Virus record (IMG/VR): IMGVR_UViG_3300028025_001824
Coordinates: 1 to 61,176 of that record
Reading direction: 5' to 3' (one strand)
DNA: 61,176 bases
Origin: a virus
Lineage: Duplodnaviria; Caudoviricetes
A model generated the notes under the pieces. That model was not told where the DNA came from. It saw only the letters and a program-made list of their open reading frames with translations, and did no database searches. How positions within the stretch are numbered: position 1 is the first letter of the stretch; each line of letters opens with the position of its first letter. Positions 37,262 to 47,142 of the stretch are shown here, one piece after another. The position numbers and the translations under genes were made by a program.

Positions 37262-39031
37262 CTATGCTAAATAACGAATCATAACAACACCAGAGCCGCC
37301 AGCGCCGCTATCTTTGTTTCCTTCACCTGAAGAACCTCCACCGCCTCCAGTAAATATAAGTCCTGCTCTTGGTCTATTACTATTGTTAGTAGGGAAGGAA
37401 CCTCCGTGACCACCACCGCCAAGTCCTCCAGCACCTCCTGGAGCGCCGTAGTTACCACCACCGCCTCCACCTGCTAGGTAATAAGTACCACCAGATAATT
37501 CACCTACGCCAGTAACAGTTCCCCAAGAAGAATAAGTTGATGACCCTACTCCACCTACTCCAGCATTGTTTCCTGCAACAGAACCACCAGCGCCACCAGC
37601 GCCACCGCCACCGCCACCAGCATTTGCTTGAGCAGGACCACCGTTACCACCTATATTACCTTGACCTGAAGTTGCACCACCAGCGCCACCGCTGTAGGAA
37701 CCGCCACCACCAGAACCACCAGTATTACCAGTAGTAGCAGAAGTACCAGAACCTCTTGCTCCACCACCGCCGCCTTTTACAAGTGTGAGAGCGCCAAATT
37801 GAGAATCGTCTCCATTGTTACCGTTTTGTTCTGTTGAACCAGTTTGAGCAGGACCACCAGCACCTACAACAACATTGTAAGTAGTAGCAGTTAGTGATTG
37901 ACCAGTAAATGCAAGAAGTCCACCTGCTCCTCCTCCACCACCACCTGCGTTGAAAGAACTGCGGTTAGTTCCACCTGAACCACCACCTGCAACTACAACA
38001 ATGTCTGCTGTGATAGATGTAGTTGGAATAAATGAACCTGAGCCATAAAAAGTGTGATAAATATAAGTGCCATCTGTAGTGATAACACCGCCAGTTGCTT
38101 TAGCCGCAGGAGGAAGCACATAAATAGTTCCTGAAGCATTGAAAGTGTGAATTGTATTTCCACCTGAAGAAGTTACTACTCCACCTGCAACTACTTGCGC
38201 TCCTGTGTAACTAATAACAACAACACCTGAACCACCATTTGCAGGATTAGCAGTTCCTCCTCCAGCGCCACCGCCTCGGTTAGCAGTTCCGTTTTGTGCA
38301 TTGGCTGAACTTGTACCGCCATTACCGCCGCCACCGTTACCGCCAGAGCCAGCCACATTTGCTCTTGATACATCTGCGCCACCACCGCCTCCACCTGCAT
38401 AAAAGACGGCACTTCCTGAAATTGAATTAGAAACTCCTACGCCACCATCGCCTGATTTTGCAGTTGTGGCATTACCGCCAACTCCTCCAGCGCCACCGCC
38501 GCCACCTGAGCCGTAGTTTGGGTCGCCTTCTCTACCAGAACCACCACTATTTCCTTGAGATGGAGAAGTTGAAGGAGTGTTACCCGCTCCAGGATTTGAG
38601 ATGAACCCACCTTGAACATAAGAAGCACCGCCACCTGAACCACCAGCCGCGCCGTTAAAATTAAAACTTCCACCATATCCGCCACCAGCACTTGAAACAG
38701 TAGTAATTGCACCACCAGATAATGATGAAGCCCCACCACTTGCTTGCACATTGGCTGAATTACCAGCACCACCACCACCGACTACTACTGTGTATGTAGT
38801 TTGTGAAGCCAACTGAATTTTTGTACCGCCAACATTTGTACGGTATCCGCCAGCACCACCGCCACCACCTGTGCCTGAACTTGAACCGCCACCACCGCCA
38901 ACTACTAAGTATTCAATAGCGGGTGGGCTAAGAAAACCGCCTCGCGCTCCAGTTAAAGTGATATTTCCAGTTGTTAAAGCAGAAACTTGAGACCCAGGAA
39001 TCATTATGCGTTGCAATCCTAAATGGGGCAT
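37262..39031 (-). CDS. glycine-rich fibre/adhesin with two Gly-rich domains
   Basis: VVGGGG...GGSGVV.I.Y unit present twice. Confidence 0.8.
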   Translation of the reverse strand: MPHLGLQRIMIPGSQVSALTTGNITLTGARGGFLSPPAIEYLVVGGGGGSSSGTGGGGGAGGYRTNVGGTKIQLASQTTYTVVVGGGGAGNSANVQASGGASSLSGGAITTVSSAGGGYGGSFNFNGAAGGSGGGASYVQGGFISNPGAGNTPSTSPSQGNSGGSGREGDPNYGSGGGGGAGGVGGNATTAKSGDGGVGVSNSISGSAVFYAGGGGGGADVSRANVAGSGGNGGGGNGGTSSANAQNGTANRGGGAGGGTANPANGGSGVVVISYTGAQVVAGGVVTSSGGNTIHTFNASGTIYVLPPAAKATGGVITTDGTYIYHTFYGSGSFIPTTSITADIVVVAGGGSGGTNRSSFNAGGGGGGAGGLLAFTGQSLTATTYNVVVGAGGPAQTGSTEQNGNNGDDSQFGALTLVKGGGGGARGSGTSATTGNTGGSGGGGSYSGGAGGATSGQGNIGGNGGPAQANAGGGGGGAGGAGGSVAGNNAGVGGVGSSTYSSWGTVTGVGELSGGTYYLAGGGGGGNYGAPGGAGGLGGGGHGGSFPTNNSNRPRAGLIFTGGGGGSSGEGNKDSGAGGSGVVMIRYLA

Positions 39032-39423
39032 TATTTTGTCTCCTCAATATCAACTGCGAATAAATCGTATCTGTACCTACGCCATTGTTGCGTTTCTTCG
39101 ACCCATTCGTAATAATTTGATTCTAGGTTAGTAGAAGGCTTAGGTATAGGTGCTACCCAATCGCAAGTTTCTTCATCTAATACCCAAGATGGATAAGGTT
39201 TGGCTGGAATAAAAGCATCTCTGCTTTCATCCCAAGATGAACCTATTCCAGCAAAGTTTTTTCTTATTGATTTATTGTAACTTGTTCTTTTAACTAAATA
39301 CGGCGTATTTAGCGCATAATAGGTTTCAGTATCTAATCCGTCAATAATTTCGGTTTCATCTTTACCAACTATAACTGCTACAACTATGTTGGTTTCTTTA
39401 TCAATATATGCGTAATGTGCCAT
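39031..39423 (-). CDS. MAHYA-type partner of Gly-rich fibre
   Basis: MAHYAY...RTSYN...RKNFAG.G...PYPSW. Confidence 0.7.
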   Translation of the reverse strand: MAHYAYIDKETNIVVAVIVGKDETEIIDGLDTETYYALNTPYLVKRTSYNKSIRKNFAGIGSSWDESRDAFIPAKPYPSWVLDEETCDWVAPIPKPSTNLESNYYEWVEETQQWRRYRYDLFAVDIEETK

Positions 39424-40307
39424 TATGCCCAACTAACTGTATCTGCTATACCTGCGGCTGTAATTCTTGAAATCTTAAATCCTCCACTTGAAGATGTAGT
39501 TTGTGTAACGCCACCGCTGAAAGTTGCAGTTAAAGTATCAGAGTATTTAAGAACAATAACGCCTGAACCACCATTACCGCCAACTCCAGTAGTTGTTACC
39601 GCCGCACCGCCACCGCCATCACCAGTATTTGCTGAACCGCTAGGACCATTATTGCTTGGACCTGATGTATGAGCAGAGCCTCCGCGACCACCAGCAGAAT
39701 AAGTTACAGATGTACCAGTTATGCTGTCAGCCAAACCAACACCCGCTGTGGCTGGTGCTGAAGAACCTGCATTTGCGCCAGCGCCACCTGCGCCACCACC
39801 TGCGCCAGCAGGGTATGGGTCTCCTCTTGTTGCGCCATTGCTACCGCCAGCGTTACCTTGAACTGTTGTAGTTTCACCAGCAACAGGTGTAATAGTTTCT
39901 GAAATACCACCTGAACGGGCGGTATTATCGCTTCCGCCAGCACCACCACCAGAACCACCAGTTATTGAGGCTCCATCGTTTTGACCACCACGACCACCGC
40001 CTATTGATGTTACATTATCAAATACAGAATTATTTCCTTTTGTAACGGTTCCATTGTAAACAGCACCACCACCGCCAGCACCAACTGTAATAATGTAATT
40101 AGTGCCTAAAGATTTACTGAAAGTGCCTCGTCTAAAACCACCACCGCCAGCACCACCGCTGTAAGCGCCACCACCTCCAGCAATAACAAGCGCTTCAATA
40201 GCAATAAAGAAAGCACCTTTAGCACCTGGGGTCGTCAAAGACCCAGTAAGCGCAGATGAAACTTGCGCTCCTGGGTTCGCTCCTAAAAGTCTGGTCGCTA
40301 AGGACAC
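39423..40307 (-). CDS. glycine-rich fibre/adhesin
   Basis: VIAGGG...GGSGVIVLKY. Confidence 0.8.
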   Translation of the reverse strand: MSLATRLLGANPGAQVSSALTGSLTTPGAKGAFFIAIEALVIAGGGGAYSGGAGGGGFRRGTFSKSLGTNYIITVGAGGGGAVYNGTVTKGNNSVFDNVTSIGGGRGGQNDGASITGGSGGGAGGSDNTARSGGISETITPVAGETTTVQGNAGGSNGATRGDPYPAGAGGGAGGAGANAGSSAPATAGVGLADSITGTSVTYSAGGRGGSAHTSGPSNNGPSGSANTGDGGGGAAVTTTGVGGNGGSGVIVLKYSDTLTATFSGGVTQTTSSSGGFKISRITAAGIADTVSWA

Positions 40308-40319
40308 GGCAACTCCTTA

Positions 40320-40679
40320 TTAAGCAGTAGTTACGCGGTTAGCGAATCCGTGGATTGTTACTACATCTGCTGTTCCAGCGTATGCCTTTACAACGAGAGA
40401 GTTACGAAGAACTAGGTCTGGAAGAATAAGAGTTAGACCTGATGTTGCAGGAATAGACAACTTGATGTCGTCATCAACTGATGTTGTTCCGCCCCATTGA
40501 ATAGTTAGGTTTACTGCTGAGCCTGATGAGTTATACGCATACATCGTAATAACATCGCAGTCAGTAGTAGATGAAGTCGCTGTGTGAATTGTTGTTCCAG
40601 CGCTTGATGTCGCCGCAACCTTTACTCCACGACCATGTGTTGAACCTGATAGCGGGATACGCGATACTGTTGTTGCCAT
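40320..40679 (-). CDS. virion structural protein
   Basis: Beta-rich, Thr/Ser-rich; within the structural operon. Confidence 0.7.
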   Translation of the reverse strand: MATTVSRIPLSGSTHGRGVKVAATSSAGTTIHTATSSTTDCDVITMYAYNSSGSAVNLTIQWGGTTSVDDDIKLSIPATSGLTLILPDLVLRNSLVVKAYAGTADVVTIHGFANRVTTA

Positions 40680-40690
40680 TTATTTTCTCC

Positions 40691-41335
40691 TTATGCGAAT
40701 ACCTGCACCGCGAAGGCGAAGGCTTGGTCGTTGGCTGTTGTACCTGCCTCTGGAGTTGCCCATGTAGGAACTCCTCCAGCAACAGTTAATACTTGTCCTG
40801 TTGTACCAACAGCAAGGCGAGCAGGTGTATTTGCGCTTGATGCGTAAATTGTGTCGCCAGTTGTTGTTGTAAGGCTGTTGTTGATTACTCCTGAAGTCAA
40901 AGCAACTGTGCCTGTTGAATCAGGGAATGTGATTGTGCGGTCTGCTGTTGGGTCTGTGATTGCTAATGTTGTTTCAAAAGCATCCGCAGTTGTACCTTCA
41001 AATACGACTGAGCCATCATTGAATACTGCGCCTGTTATTGTTGGGCTAGTAAGAGTTGTGATGGCTGTTAGGTTGCCAGTTGTTACGACTGTACCCGTGA
41101 CATCTGGAAGGGTAACTGTACGGTCAGCAGTTGGGTCTCCGCCTGAGAGAGTCATCTCAAAAGCGTTATCTGTTGTTCCTTCAAGAACAATGTTGTTGCC
41201 GAACTTAATCTCAAGACCAGCCTGAGCGCCTGAGAAGGTCGCGTTATTGATTACTGGTGCTTCAAGTGTCTTATTGCTAAGTGTTGCTACTGCATCTGCG
41301 GTGACTCCAGCGCCACCATTAGTAGTAATTGCCAT
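40691..41335 (-). CDS. virion fibre-associated protein
   Basis: Two EGTT..AFE.TL...DPTADRT.T.PD repeats; RLAVGT.GQVLTV..G.P.W. Confidence 0.75.
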   Translation of the reverse strand: MAITTNGGAGVTADAVATLSNKTLEAPVINNATFSGAQAGLEIKFGNNIVLEGTTDNAFEMTLSGGDPTADRTVTLPDVTGTVVTTGNLTAITTLTSPTITGAVFNDGSVVFEGTTADAFETTLAITDPTADRTITFPDSTGTVALTSGVINNSLTTTTGDTIYASSANTPARLAVGTTGQVLTVAGGVPTWATPEAGTTANDQAFAFAVQVFA

Positions 41336-41664
41336 TATGCAATCTCGCTTCCGAACGCATTGAATGAAAGGCTTGTTGATGATGCGTAAACTGTTACAAC
41401 ATCTGAAGCATCAATTGTAAGCCCTAGGGTATAAGCCGCGGTTGTATTTGCTTGAATTGTTGCATCGTAAACAATGTAATGTTCAGTTGCTAGAGTCGCT
41501 CCATTTGGGCGAACTGCGATTCGATATGTGCCACTTGTGCCAGCCTGATTACAGATGGTGATGGTTGAGATAACCGTCTGAGTAGAAGCAGGGCAGGTGT
41601 AAAGAGTCGTGGCGGTAGTGGCTGATGGGTTTGATTGCCCAAGAACCTTGTAAGTAGTTGCCAT
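41335..41664 (-). CDS. virion structural protein
   Basis: YKVLGQ..P.A...LYT.P...FGSEI. Confidence 0.75.
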   Translation of the reverse strand: MATTYKVLGQSNPSATTATTLYTCPASTQTVISTITICNQAGTSGTYRIAVRPNGATLATEHYIVYDATIQANTTAAYTLGLTIDASDVVTVYASSTSLSFNAFGSEIA

Positions 41665-41668
41665 GCGG

Positions 41669-42346
41669 TTATCCTCCGATGAGTAATAATGGACTAATGG
41701 TACCAGCCGAGTTATTTTGGGCTGTTGTAGCGCTTGACGATGCTGAAGCCGCGTAACCCTGCGCCGAGGTTACGAATGATGTGATGTCCTCACCTGAGAT
41801 GTTATATGTAGCCGCGGTGAGAGCGGAGTATGTAGCAAAGGCTGTATCAAGTGCTGTGTATGTTGAATAGGCGGAATCAATGTACCAATACTGACCAGAG
41901 GCGGGGAACTTATCTGCTGCTTGGTCAATGAAGGCATCCAAAGCCGTGATATTTGTTTCTAAGGTATTCCAAGAAGTTAGGTCCACAGCCGCTACATAAC
42001 TTTCGGACAGGGCTGGGTCTGGACTAATATCTGCTAAATCTAGTGACCCTGAAGTGGTGTAAGGGATGCTGATTTCATAGGAGCGCCCATTAGGAAATGA
42101 CTCCTCAACGCTGTAAACAAAAGGGTTTGGAACTACATCTGGGTCATTGGTTGCAGGGATAGAAACCGAGAAAGAACCTGAACTCAAAGGCACTACAACA
42201 CTAGATGGGGCAACCATCTGGTCATCTGTACCGTTACGCAAAACCTCAGAAATGCTAAATCGAATCTGACCCTCAATTGGGTTGCCTTCAAAATCTACAT
42301 AACTGCCTGTAATTGTAACCGTGGTTAAATTTGGACCGAGAGCCAT
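41669..42346 (-). CDS. virion protein, paralog of 42545..43090
   Basis: MAL...L.TVT..G.YVD..GNP..G...T.D.DV.P.PF.Y...E.F..GR. Confidence 0.75.
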   Translation of the reverse strand: MALGPNLTTVTITGSYVDFEGNPIEGQIRFSISEVLRNGTDDQMVAPSSVVVPLSSGSFSVSIPATNDPDVVPNPFVYSVEESFPNGRSYEISIPYTTSGSLDLADISPDPALSESYVAAVDLTSWNTLETNITALDAFIDQAADKFPASGQYWYIDSAYSTYTALDTAFATYSALTAATYNISGEDITSFVTSAQGYAASASSSATTAQNNSAGTISPLLLIGG

Positions 42347-42543
42347 TAGGCACCTACCAAAAAGAACAAATCAAATTTTTCAGCAACATAGGAATTTGCT
42401 GTATTTCTTGAAGTCAGGGCAGCGGCAGTAGCCGTTGAAAGGGCGGTTGCATTAGTCGCGGCTGCATCTGTAGCCACTTCCAACTCAGTCAAAAGGGCGT
42501 TTGAAGCGGTGTATTCGGCTATGGGTACATACGGTTCAGCCAT
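42346..42543 (-). CDS. small Ala/Thr-rich virion protein
   Basis: Coupled in the operon. Confidence 0.65.
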   Translation of the reverse strand: MAEPYVPIAEYTASNALLTELEVATDAAATNATALSTATAAALTSRNTANSYVAEKFDLFFLVGA

Positions 42544-42544
42544 C

Positions 42545-43090
42545 TTAGACTCCCATCATCATCAACTGATTAGTCGTAAAATTGGCAACTGCATCTGCTG
42601 AGTTTGAAGCCTCTGTTGCATAGGCTAAAGCGTTGCCTTCGTATGTAGAGGCATTGACCACAATCTCTCGCCTATTGCTGGCATTGTTGTAGCGGGTCAA
42701 TAGACCCTGGTAAGCATCTACAGATACATAAGAGGTGGCATCTGCTTCAGAAAGGGCTGTAAGGAGGTCTGCGAGGTTCTGAGTGGTACCTGCAACTGAG
42801 AGAGGTAACGCAATTTGGAATGTACGACCAGAGGTAAAGTTCTCAACTATTGTGTAAATAAATGGTTGAGGCATTACATCTGTATCGCTAGTAACTGGCA
42901 AAGTGGTCGTAAAAGAGCCAGTCGCATCCAAAGTCTTAACGATGTGGACTGGCATGATGTGGACATTCAAGGTCTTTTCTTTCAAGATAGTCTGAGGTTC
43001 AATAGTGATTGAGCCTCGAACTGGGTTGCCTAGTAAATCCACATAGGTACCAGCAACCGTTACGGTTGAAAGAGATGCTGGTAGTGCCAT
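42545..43090 (-). CDS. virion protein, paralog of 41669..42346
   Basis: Shared N-terminal domain. Confidence 0.75.
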   Translation of the reverse strand: MALPASLSTVTVAGTYVDLLGNPVRGSITIEPQTILKEKTLNVHIMPVHIVKTLDATGSFTTTLPVTSDTDVMPQPFIYTIVENFTSGRTFQIALPLSVAGTTQNLADLLTALSEADATSYVSVDAYQGLLTRYNNASNRREIVVNASTYEGNALAYATEASNSADAVANFTTNQLMMMGV

Positions 43091-43093
43091 AAT

Positions 43094-43366
43094 TTAAGCG
43101 CCTTGACGAAGTACATTTACGGTCTGTGTGCTTGAAGCAACCACGCCGTAAAGTTTTTCACCATCCTGCATTTCAACTGCCATATCGGTTCCGCCAGTAA
43201 GAGCGAATCCGTAAGATGTTGTTGTTACGCCTTCTCCGCCAATGTAGACAGTAGCGCCCGCCGCAGGAACCTGAATTGAAACAGTCTGACCATCTTTTCC
43301 AGCATAGTTAGACGAAATTTGTGTGGCTGTTGTGCCTATTGATACGCGTTCGTGTGTAATTGCCAT
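43094..43366 (-). CDS. virion structural protein
   Basis: VYIGG..VT...G...LYG pattern. Confidence 0.7.
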   Translation of the reverse strand: MAITHERVSIGTTATQISSNYAGKDGQTVSIQVPAAGATVYIGGEGVTTTSYGFALTGGTDMAVEMQDGEKLYGVVASSTQTVNVLRQGA

Positions 43367-43378
43367 GATGCTCCCTTA

Positions 43379-43419
43379 GAAAAAAGAGGGTGACTCATTT
43401 TACTGAATCACCCCCTTTC
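43379..43419 (-). terminator. intrinsic terminator
   Basis: gagggtga / tcaccccc stem with U-run in the minus sense. Confidence 0.65.
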
Positions 43420-43422
43420 CGA

Positions 43423-43644
43423 TTACTTGGAGGCGACTGCTTTCTTCGCCGTTGTTTTTTCAACTGCTTCAACCTCTGGCTCGGCTTTTGGCTCCACCTT
43501 TGGCTTTACCGCCTCATCAAGAATCTTGATGTAACGGCTGCGGTTGAGAGCCTTTGCGTGTTTCCATCCTTTAACATCAATGATGTCTCCAGATTTCAAT
43601 AGGCGACCATCAACCACCATAGTCTTAAGAATTTCTGCTTTCAT
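43423..43644 (-). CDS. hypothetical protein
   Basis: 73 aa, coupled to the upstream gene. Confidence 0.7.
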   Translation of the reverse strand: MKAEILKTMVVDGRLLKSGDIIDVKGWKHAKALNRSRYIKILDEAVKPKVEPKAEPEVEAVEKTTAKKAVASK

Positions 43645-43988
43645 TACGCAGTCATATCAATCCACACATACGAGAATGTACGCGCTGTGTCGTTGATTGC
43701 TGAAGCAGTTGGATTGTAAAGATAAATTGAAACTGTGTCTGCCGCTGTTACAGCCGCTCCACAGAAAATCAAATCATCATTTAGGTCTGCTGGTGGATTA
43801 ACGATAATGATGTCGGTTGTCTTAGCACCTGTAAGAGTGAAAGTGACTGAACCGCGAGTTGTCGCGTTGATTGAAGCAGGGTCTACTGATGCTGTACCAA
43901 AATCTAGTCCATACACCATGTCGCCAGTTGAACCTTGAATAGCACCAACTGAAACTTCACCGCGAGAAATACGATTTACTTGAGGCAT
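43644..43988 (-). CDS. virion protein (possible head decoration)
   Basis: Directly after the capsid gene. Confidence 0.7.
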   Translation of the reverse strand: MPQVNRISRGEVSVGAIQGSTGDMVYGLDFGTASVDPASINATTRGSVTFTLTGAKTTDIIIVNPPADLNDDLIFCGAAVTAADTVSIYLYNPTASAINDTARTFSYVWIDMTA

Positions 43989-44003
43989 TTATTTTCCTTT
44001 TCT

Positions 44004-44041
44004 AAGAAAGAAGGGGAGAGCCTTTTCAGACCCTCCCCTTC
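44004..44041 (-). terminator. terminator after the major capsid gene
   Basis: gaaggggag / ctccccttc stem plus U-rich tail. Confidence 0.7.
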
Positions 44042-44052
44042 ACTCAACTTAA

Positions 44053-45030
44053 TTAAGCAACGATTGTGTTCCAGAAGTAACCGAGGTCTGCTCCGATTAC
44101 CTTGTTATCAAATGCCATTTCCGCTTCAATGCGGTCTGACTTGATTGACTCCATGCGGAACTGTGAAGTTCCAACAGTCTGTCCGAGACCACCTGAAACA
44201 CCTGTCCAAGCGAATGTGTAACCCGCTGATGGTGTAAGAAGTCCTGGATTTGGAGCAACATGTGTAAGGAGTGCGCCCTTGCCAAAAGCAAAGCCGTAAG
44301 CCTCAGATGCGCCTTCGTTGTTAGTAGCCTTAACAGCCTTTGCAACCATAACGCGTGGAATGTCGAACATTGCCGCGAGCATATCGGTTGTGATTGTCTG
44401 TGAAGATGTGTACTTGATACGGTCTACAAGGTCTGGGTGATTCTTAAGAGCCTTGAATACATCGTATCCGAGAACGAGTGTGTTTGCTTCCATTCCTGTG
44501 TTACCAAGAATTTCTGCCTTTCCTGCTTCAAGGTCAGCAATTGGGTCTGATGATGCGTAATCTGACCAATGCTTTGTCTCACCTGATGATGGAGCGCCAG
44601 CAACACCAGTTACATCGTCTGCCCATACGCCTGTTGTGAAGAAGTCAGAAACGAACTGAAGTTCACGGCGAAGCATTAGACGGCGTGTAACGAACTCTGT
44701 TGCCTCACGGAGAGGGTTCAAAGGTGAGTCTGCGTTAGCAAGTGTCTGGTCATCTACATCTTTGTGGAAAGCCCATACATCTGCTGAGTATGTGCCTGTT
44801 GAAAGATTGTAACCGCCACCAGCAGATTCAGTTCCTGGGGCGCGGCGTTGAGCCTCGTCACGGAACCAATCGTTCTTGGTGTAAGTGAAGTATTTGTCAG
44901 ACTTCTTATCCACAGGAATTACTGGGAATACCTTGTCTGCAATGAAGTTGTCTTGGTTCTGAAGATAAGCAACCGAGATGTTTGTGAGAATAGCATCAAT
45001 GTGAACGCTATTGATATTTGGCTGTGGCAT
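44053..45030 (-). CDS. major capsid protein
   Basis: 325 aa; D..LTNISVAY.Q..FIAD.VFP; follows scaffold and cement genes. Confidence 0.88.
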   Translation of the reverse strand: MPQPNINSVHIDAILTNISVAYLQNQDNFIADKVFPVIPVDKKSDKYFTYTKNDWFRDEAQRRAPGTESAGGGYNLSTGTYSADVWAFHKDVDDQTLANADSPLNPLREATEFVTRRLMLRRELQFVSDFFTTGVWADDVTGVAGAPSSGETKHWSDYASSDPIADLEAGKAEILGNTGMEANTLVLGYDVFKALKNHPDLVDRIKYTSSQTITTDMLAAMFDIPRVMVAKAVKATNNEGASEAYGFAFGKGALLTHVAPNPGLLTPSAGYTFAWTGVSGGLGQTVGTSQFRMESIKSDRIEAEMAFDNKVIGADLGYFWNTIVA

Positions 45031-45045
45031 TTTTAGTTATCCCCC

Positions 45046-45441
45046 TTATGCCGCACGGTGCGGGTTCGCACAGTTGATTACGGCTGTGACAATGTTTCCA
45101 TCTGCCGCAGATTCGGTAAGAATTGTTCCAGCGACATACTTGGTTGTATCTGTTCCAGCAACAAGAGCAACTGCCTTACCTGCTGAAGTTGTACCAATTT
45201 GTGCGCCATCTGCGATTGCCGCACTAGCCACAATCTTTGTACCGCCAACAACAAGCACTTCTGCTTCCTGTCCTGCGATTGGAGCGTTCTGTAGTACGCC
45301 AATTGGAATATCAGTCGCGGCTGCGGCTGCAATAGCCTCACCTGATGAATTCACCTTGACGAATGTGTACTGCTTGGCGGAAAGGTCGGCACCTGCAACG
45401 AGGGTGACCTTTACCGAGTAATTACTGATTTCGTATGCCAT
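45046..45441 (-). CDS. capsid cement/decoration protein (DUF2190-like)
   Basis: AGADLS..QY.FVK...IGVLQN.P..G. Confidence 0.75.
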   Translation of the reverse strand: MAYEISNYSVKVTLVAGADLSAKQYTFVKVNSSGEAIAAAAATDIPIGVLQNAPIAGQEAEVLVVGGTKIVASAAIADGAQIGTTSAGKAVALVAGTDTTKYVAGTILTESAADGNIVTAVINCANPHRAA

Positions 45442-45443
45442 GG

Positions 45444-46223
45444 TTATGCACCCTTTTCATTACGGTATTGGACATAAAGTTCAGGATTGGAAGATGCAAC
45501 ATTAGCGAACGCCTGTTCGAAAGATTTTGCACTTCCTTCCTCAACTGCCGACTTTGCCAAAGCGGTCAAACGACCATAGGCATCGCCTGTAGTGAAGTCT
45601 GCTGATTTCCCGATTTCAGCAAAAATGTTTGCTGATTCAGCCTGAGCATTTACAGATGTGAGGATTTCCTCTACTGACTTTGCTAGGTCTGCATCAACTG
45701 TGGACAAACGGCGTAGCGCTGGTCCAACCTTCTCTGCATCAAGATTCAAGTTTGAGAATCCCTTTGCTTTTTCAATTGCTTCAGCATCAGCCTTAGCCTC
45801 GCGCTCCTTACGGAGTTCTTCGGTTGCTGTCTCTGCTTGCTTTTTGAAATCTTCAATCATTTTGACGACTGACTCAGGAGCGGACTTCATGTATTCCATT
45901 TCATCCTCGGTCTTATCTGATTCTGACTTATCTTCCTCTTTAGCCATTTCCTTTTCAGAAAGTTTGGCTTCGAGTTCAGCGATTTTCTTCATCGCATCTT
46001 CAAGTGTCATTTCAGCCTTTTCGACCTGTGCATCAGTAGCCGCGGTTGTTGTTTCCTCCATGATGGAGTCCTCCTCGGTGAGCGTTTCGTCTAAGACTCT
46101 CTGAACTTCAGATTCATCGGCTGATTTCATAACCAACCAACCTTCATGTAAGTGTGCAGGATGGTCTACTCCAGATGTTTCCTCAATGACTAAATTTGCC
46201 ATTTTGCGGGTACGAGCCAACAT
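45444..46223 (-). CDS. capsid scaffold protein with protease-like N-terminal strand
   Basis: Acidic coiled coil; N-terminal L.IEETSGVDHPA; C-terminal NPELY..Y. Confidence 0.75.
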   Translation of the reverse strand: MLARTRKMANLVIEETSGVDHPAHLHEGWLVMKSADESEVQRVLDETLTEEDSIMEETTTAATDAQVEKAEMTLEDAMKKIAELEAKLSEKEMAKEEDKSESDKTEDEMEYMKSAPESVVKMIEDFKKQAETATEELRKEREAKADAEAIEKAKGFSNLNLDAEKVGPALRRLSTVDADLAKSVEEILTSVNAQAESANIFAEIGKSADFTTGDAYGRLTALAKSAVEEGSAKSFEQAFANVASSNPELYVQYRNEKGA

Positions 46224-46323
46224 TCACTCCTAACGAAAAGTGCCTACCTAATCCAGTATGGACTGGCAGATAAACACGGGTCTTGACAAGCATAAGAATA
46301 ACACAGGTGTAATTTCACCCTTT

Positions 46324-46587
46324 TTAAGAAGAAATCAAAATCCTCAAATTAACCAAGGCGGCTATTAAATCTTCAAAAGCCATCATTGAGAATGGGTTAT
46401 CGCTCTGCCAAAATCGGGCAACTCGGAAATGATAATCTCCTTCGCCCATCTCGCTCCAGACAAAAAAGACCTGAGAATCGTTAGGCAACTTGGCTACAAT
46501 CCCAGCAAATCTAGGCGTTGTTGAGACCCAACTTACTTCTAAACCCATACCTCGCAATATATTGATGGTGTCATCAATAATGCTCAT
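46324..46587 (-). CDS. hypothetical protein
   Basis: 87 aa, abuts the upstream stop. Confidence 0.7.
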   Translation of the reverse strand: MSIIDDTINILRGMGLEVSWVSTTPRFAGIVAKLPNDSQVFFVWSEMGEGDYHFRVARFWQSDNPFSMMAFEDLIAALVNLRILISS

Positions 46588-47142
46588 TTAACTTGTATAC
46601 CTCTGGCTAGGCGTAATTCTGGATGGGCGCATAATGTCCATGTCATCCATCCAGCGTGGGTCATCGGCATCTAATTCTTCGTATTCTTCTTCTGAGTCAT
46701 CATTATGGGAATGAAGTTTTTTTGGACTCTTAGGATTCTTTGGCTCGGACTCATCTTCGCCTTCGGAGTCATCTGGGTTGTACTTTCCGTTTGCCCATGC
46801 GCCATGTGAGCCTTGGTCATGGCTACCGTGTTTTGCTACTTCAGAGTTTTTTTTTAGAGTGGACATCTTATGTCCTACTTTTGTTTCAGTTGGCTTTCCA
46901 TCTCGGTACAACTGAATAAGAACTGCTGGGTCATCTTCTGTGCCAGTAATTGTAAAACTTGAATCAGGAACATTTATCTTTCCGTTAGAGACAACTCGAA
47001 CTACCTTGCCTCTTGCGCTTCCGCCTGAAGAATTCCAAGAAACCATATCGCCACTCTTTACAGATTTAGCCTTTTCAAAATCAACTGCGTAAGCGGTGAG
47101 ATTTACTGGCTTACTGTCTCCATCATTGACGATAATTCCCAT
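46588..47142 (-). CDS. head-region protein with Tudor/DUF2945-like domain and HDQ tag
   Basis: GDMVSWNSSGG.ARG.V...VGHK.STL; KHGSHDQGSHGAWA. Confidence 0.7.
   Translation of the reverse strand: MGIIVNDGDSKPVNLTAYAVDFEKAKSVKSGDMVSWNSSGGSARGKVVRVVSNGKINVPDSSFTITGTEDDPAVLIQLYRDGKPTETKVGHKMSTLKKNSEVAKHGSHDQGSHGAWANGKYNPDDSEGEDESEPKNPKSPKKLHSHNDDSEEEYEELDADDPRWMDDMDIMRPSRITPSQRYTS

Noticed and set aside
37279-39958. Alternative ORFs in the Gly-rich genes
   Set aside because: Artefacts of GGN codon runs.
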